A stretch of 64,000 nucleotides of DNA from Patescibacteria group bacterium (GTDB taxonomy: Bacteria; Patescibacteriota; Patescibacteriia; Buchananbacterales; UBA6539): positions 66,752 through 130,751 of the forward strand of contig JAQTYZ010000003.1 in the NCBI GenBank assembly GCA_028688055.1, given 5' to 3'. The notes beneath the pieces were generated by a model. The model searched no databases. It was not told where the DNA came from and saw only the letters and a list, made by a program, of their open reading frames with translations. Shown piece by piece: positions 60,152 through 64,000 of the stretch; within the stretch, counting starts at the first letter, position 1; each line of letters starts with the position of its first letter. A program made the translations under genes and the position numbers.

Positions 60152-61201
60152 TTATAATTCGTCATCAACTTGAATCAGCGGTTTATAGATCCATTGTGGT
60201 GATCCAGTAACTCTAATCCAGTCGCCTTTAATCTCATAAATTTCAATTTTTCCTTTATTGAATTGAGTAACCACGCCATAATTTAGGCCCGGGCCTTTGC
60301 GGACATTAACTTTGTCGCGAAGAATTGTTCCGGTCGGTAAATGAGGATAGGCCGCCATCAAGTGCGGCAACATCCGTCCCGGCTCGACAAAATATTGTCC
60401 CGGCAAATTATAAGCGCAAGTCGCGCTGGCACCGCCATCGGCTTGGAGTTGATTTTCGAGGGGCACGCCGGCGGCCAGCAACGCGTTGCGCGCTTCTTGG
60501 GTTGAGGCGCCGCGACTGCAATAAACGACTAACTCTTTGCCGTCGGCGCGGACGCCGACAAACGAGCGGGCAATGCCGTCGTTATCGCTTTTGGCCGTAA
60601 CGGTTGGCGTAAAACCTTCAACGGCCTGATCGCCACTTGATAAAAATGTATTCGCGTCGAAATCCAAAATTTCGGCCGTACCGATTTTATTATCAATAAT
60701 TAACATCCGACGACTCTGCACCATATCCCAAGACGGGCGACTGCCACTGGTGATATATGGACTGGGGCCAAGGGTTGATTTTAGCGCCAAGCTTAAATCA
60801 GTGCTGGTACCGGTAATATTAAAAAATGGCATGTTCCACATAAACTGCGCGCTAGGATTTTGAGTTTTGGTTTGCTCCACCACCATTTTTGGAAAGACCC
60901 AATTGCTAACCGTTGGCAAATTAAACGGCGAGGGCGCATCGCCCCAAACTGTTTGCGGGGTGGATGAGGTAATTAATTTAATCTGCGCGTAAGGTAGATA
61001 AATGACGGTTAAGTAATCGATATAGCCGTTACCGGTTTGCGGTTTGAAAAAAGTCGCCACGCCACGCGCCTTGGCCCACGTTAGAGGGGTGAAGCCGTCA
61101 GGTGCAGCGGCGGACCAAGTTTTGGTCGCGGCGGGCGTCGCGGCGGGTAAAATGAGGACGGCAAAAAGAATAAGGAGTAATCCGGCAAATGTTTTTTTCA
61201 T
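60152..61201 (-). CDS. Secreted protein, phosphodiester glycosidase (NAGPA)-like domain plus SH3b
   Basis: Signal peptide; ARSFVG, ADGGAS; VNVRKGPG..Y...W..V. Confidence 0.6.
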   Translation of the reverse strand: MKKTFAGLLLILFAVLILPAATPAATKTWSAAAPDGFTPLTWAKARGVATFFKPQTGNGYIDYLTVIYLPYAQIKLITSSTPQTVWGDAPSPFNLPTVSNWVFPKMVVEQTKTQNPSAQFMWNMPFFNITGTSTDLSLALKSTLGPSPYITSGSRPSWDMVQSRRMLIIDNKIGTAEILDFDANTFLSSGDQAVEGFTPTVTAKSDNDGIARSFVGVRADGKELVVYCSRGASTQEARNALLAAGVPLENQLQADGGASATCAYNLPGQYFVEPGRMLPHLMAAYPHLPTGTILRDKVNVRKGPGLNYGVVTQFNKGKIEIYEIKGDWIRVTGSPQWIYKPLIQVDDEL

Positions 61202-61317
61202 ATGTTTATTTTTGAGAGTTTAAAGTTACTCTATTATAGCACGAATTAGTTTTAAGATGAAAAGAATGATAATTTTTGGTATACTAAATCAAGTCCTAAA
61301 AATTAAACTTAGACGAT

Positions 61318-61530
61318 ATGATTTTTGAACATCAGTTCAAAGCCAAAAAAATTTTGTTATTGATTGCCTTGATAATTCTAGTTGGTGGTGTTGGTTATTA
61401 TTTTTGGCAGGCCAATAGCCAGCCGTCAAATTTAGTGGCTTGTACTATGGAAGCAAAACTTTGTCCGGATGGTACCGCGGTTGGACGCACCGGACCGAAC
61501 TGCGAATTCGCGCCGTGTCCAGTGCGCTAA
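61318..61530 (+). CDS. Small membrane-anchored Cys-motif protein
   Basis: TM helix plus CTMEAKLCPDG..VGR.GPNCEFAPCP. Confidence 0.7.
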   Translation: MIFEHQFKAKKILLLIALIILVGGVGYYFWQANSQPSNLVACTMEAKLCPDGTAVGRTGPNCEFAPCPVR

Positions 61531-61692
61531 TTATCATGAACCGAAAAAAAATAATTGTACGGCTGCGAGTGGTTAAGCGTTTTTTCAATCAAGGGGAATA
61601 ATAGTGCCTAATATTTTTTTAACCTTGCCAAAGAGGCATTTTTTTGTTATAGTTAAATGAAGTGATAATTTATTAGAAATTATCAACCTATT

Positions 61693-62523
61693 ATGTCCGA
61701 AGGAGAAAGTCGCTATTCTAATTATGAGGCAGACAAAAGGCCGGTCGAACCGGGGCTTCCTTTATTGGTTAAGAATTTTGATGTGGTCCGAGCCGGCGAG
61801 GTGACTAAGCCGTCGCTGGAATCTTTTCCCGCCCTATTGGATTCAGTTAAGTATCGCCAACATTGTTTTGAAGAAACAAAAAAGGCCTGGTTAGATCAAT
61901 ACAACCCGGAGGAATTATTGGCTCATGTCAGCTCCAAGCCAAATAAGGAGCATTATAAATACCAGAAGCGAGTCAGGAAGTATGGATCGATGCTACTTAA
62001 TATGTATCGATTTTTTGATGTCTCACATACTTCCCCGGATAAGTTGCATCAACTAGTGGTTGATCTGGGAAATCTCAACGATCGATATCAAACCAGACGA
62101 CAGGAAAAATTATCCGATGTTGTCACTGATGAAATTTATTCCGTTGAGCAAAGTTATGAAATCGAATATGCCGGCGATCAAGACTTTCAAGATTATTGCC
62201 AAAAACAGTTGCAAGAACTTGAACAGTATTGCCAGAGTGAAACTTTGGCGTTAGAAGATTTTCATATTTTTAGAAAAAAAATAAGAATGTTTGCCAATTT
62301 AATTCAGACCGCGGCCGTGGAAGATCTGGCCGGCGGACCGCATTGGTTATTTTTAAAACTTGATGGATTATCCGGCCGGCTGGGTGAAATTATTGATGAT
62401 TTAAGAGGCAAACAATTAATGTCGGAAGTTGATGCGCGACTTGAGGTTCCACTAGCTGACAGTGACGTTGCCGACTTTGAGGAAAGTTTGCCTTATCTAA
62501 AAAAGGCGATTGGTTTAGAGTAG
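61693..62523 (+). CDS. Hypothetical protein, CHAD-like
   Basis: H..RK..R motif and LG...D helices, internally duplicated. Confidence 0.45.
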   Translation: MSEGESRYSNYEADKRPVEPGLPLLVKNFDVVRAGEVTKPSLESFPALLDSVKYRQHCFEETKKAWLDQYNPEELLAHVSSKPNKEHYKYQKRVRKYGSMLLNMYRFFDVSHTSPDKLHQLVVDLGNLNDRYQTRRQEKLSDVVTDEIYSVEQSYEIEYAGDQDFQDYCQKQLQELEQYCQSETLALEDFHIFRKKIRMFANLIQTAAVEDLAGGPHWLFLKLDGLSGRLGEIIDDLRGKQLMSEVDARLEVPLADSDVADFEESLPYLKKAIGLE

Positions 62524-62599
62524 TAGCGATGATTTATAATTTAAGTGTCAGCCACCGATGGGGGCGATGTTTTTTCAAGTCGCTAATAAAATATTAATT

Positions 62600-63142
62600 A
62601 TGAACCAAGAATATTTAGACTGTGTTAATGACAGTAATGAGCCGAGTGGCGAAAAAAAACTCCGATCGGAGATTCATGCCGATGGTGATTGGCATCGTGT
62701 CGTCCATATTTATTTTTTTCGTAAAGTTGGTGAGACCTTTAATTTTTTAGTCCACTTGCGCTCAAAAAGCAAAGACTCCAGTCCGAACAAATGGGACACG
62801 CGTTTTGGCGGCCACCTCAAAAGTGGTGAAACGGTTGCGGGGGCAGTTATTTCGGAAATTAAAGAAGAGCTTGGTTATGATCTCGACTTAAGTAAATTAA
62901 TTAAGGGACAGCTGGTGCGAAAAAAGCGCGCGGGCAACAACGAATTCACTTATATTTTTTATTATCCGTTTGATGGTGATTTAAGCGAATTAAGTTTTGT
63001 CGATAATGAGGTGTCGGAAGTGAAATGGCTGACTAGCGACCAGATCGTTGCGGAACTAGAAGATAATGATCAAGCTTGGTCACCGAGCACGAAATCATTT
63101 GCCTATATTTTTGACTATTTGAAAAGCATTCTTGAAAAGTAA
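62600..63142 (+). CDS. NUDIX hydrolase (IDI-like)
   Basis: H..G.WHR.VH, GGH...GE, EIKEELG, EVSEVKW. Confidence 0.85.
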   Translation: MNQEYLDCVNDSNEPSGEKKLRSEIHADGDWHRVVHIYFFRKVGETFNFLVHLRSKSKDSSPNKWDTRFGGHLKSGETVAGAVISEIKEELGYDLDLSKLIKGQLVRKKRAGNNEFTYIFYYPFDGDLSELSFVDNEVSEVKWLTSDQIVAELEDNDQAWSPSTKSFAYIFDYLKSILEK

Positions 63143-63144
63143 TA

Positions 63145-63654
63145 ATGAAATTATTAAAAACCATTAATTTTAGCGATATCAGCAAACCGGACATTTCGCA
63201 ATATCGAATTCGTACGGCGGCGCGAGCGGTGGTGGTTGATGCCGAAAACAAGCTGGCGTTGTTGTTTGTTTCGGCTTATGGTTATCATAAACTTCCTGGC
63301 GGTGGCGTTGAAGTCGGTGAAACAATTATTCAGGCTTTAAAACGAGAATGCCTCGAAGAAATCGGTTGTGATATTATCGTGGGCCAAGAAGTTGGTGCCA
63401 TTATTGAAATCAGAACTAAACTCTCATTTAAACAGGAATCATTTTGTTTTTTGGCAAAGGTTGCTGGCCCGAAGCGGCCGCCGAAATTTGATCCAGAAGA
63501 AATCGCGGAAGGTCTTGAATTAAAATGGGTGGCCATTGATGAAGCAATTAAATTAATCAAAGGTGATAAGTCTCTTAGTTACCGGGGTAAATTTATTAGA
63601 GACCGTGATCTAACATTTTTAACCGCGGCGGTAAGCCAGCTTGGTTTGTTATAA
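63145..63654 (+). CDS. NUDIX hydrolase
   Basis: PGGGVEVGE......RECLEEIG. Confidence 0.9.
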   Translation: MKLLKTINFSDISKPDISQYRIRTAARAVVVDAENKLALLFVSAYGYHKLPGGGVEVGETIIQALKRECLEEIGCDIIVGQEVGAIIEIRTKLSFKQESFCFLAKVAGPKRPPKFDPEEIAEGLELKWVAIDEAIKLIKGDKSLSYRGKFIRDRDLTFLTAAVSQLGLL

Positions 63655-63743
63655 AAATTATAGCTTTATTAATATTTAAAAAAATGCTCCACGACGATAC
63701 CAACTGGTAAGGTCGTGGAGCATATTGGAATTTCCCTCCAAAC

Positions 63744-64000
63744 TTAGACTTGGCCGCTTGAGGACGATTTTCGCTCCGGCATTTTCTTCTCCGGAGCTGG
63801 CGGTAGATCGGACGGCGGAGTGCCGCCAAGGTTCTCCAAAGCCTTGGCCTCGGCCGCGCTGCCACTAGGCGCAATGACGAGAACAAGCAACCACTCGTCG
63901 GTGGTTTTGGCGGTCTTGGCTATGCCGTCGATTGCCTTGGTTTCAAGGTTACTGTCGGACGGCGTTATTGAATAAATGGTTCCCCAGTCGAGAAAGTTGT
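63744..64000 (-). CDS. 3' end of a repeat-containing protein (not in ORF track; starts outside window)
   Basis: Open minus-strand frame: ...DWGTIYSITPSDSNLETKAIDGIAKTAKTTDEWLLVLVIAPSGSAAEAKALENL...GQV*, two W..x....PS.S..E.KA units. Confidence 0.6.
   Translation of the reverse strand, partial: NFLDWGTIYSITPSDSNLETKAIDGIAKTAKTTDEWLLVLVIAPSGSAAEAKALENLGGTPPSDLPPAPEKKMPERKSSSSGQV

Noticed and set aside
63596-63886. 96-aa minus-strand ORF from the track
   Set aside because: A different minus-strand frame (stop at 63744) is open to the window edge and encodes a coherent repeat protein.

Overview
Bacterial chromosomal window, genetic code 11, AT-rich. The gene content (large type IV pilus cluster, GT-C glycosyltransferases, many small NUDIX/HD genes, intron-containing tRNA-Asn) suggests a CPR/Patescibacteria-type organism (inference). 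1-17 kb: type IV pilus cluster with two near-duplicate major pilins bracketing a putative glycosylation cassette. 17-31.5 kb: ligA, gatCA, DsbA, a minus-strand run of small accessory genes with two tRNA-Ser, then dnaG-rpoD. 31.5-32.4 kb: pseudo-tRNA/GIY-YIG unit, an intact tRNA-Asn and a second tRNA-Asn split by a group I intron. About 32.4-52.9 kb: genomic island with a large serine recombinase, restriction/modification-like genes, a diversity-generating retroelement (DGR), terminase-like and MTase genes without virion genes, a LexA-like repressor and a CD-NTase/E2 (CBASS-like) operon. 53-64 kb: pheS and another array of small accessory genes. The most notable observations are: (1) a (GA)8 tract in an EcoRI-family MTase after which all three frames stay open and each ends in a homologous-looking C-terminal module (possible 3-way specificity switch); (2) a (GA)12 tract that frameshifts the DGR reverse transcriptase (possible ON/OFF switch); (3) a repeated GTAGRYAAACTGTAGRTAA motif at module boundaries of the island. 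All calls come from reading motifs by eye; no database searches were run.
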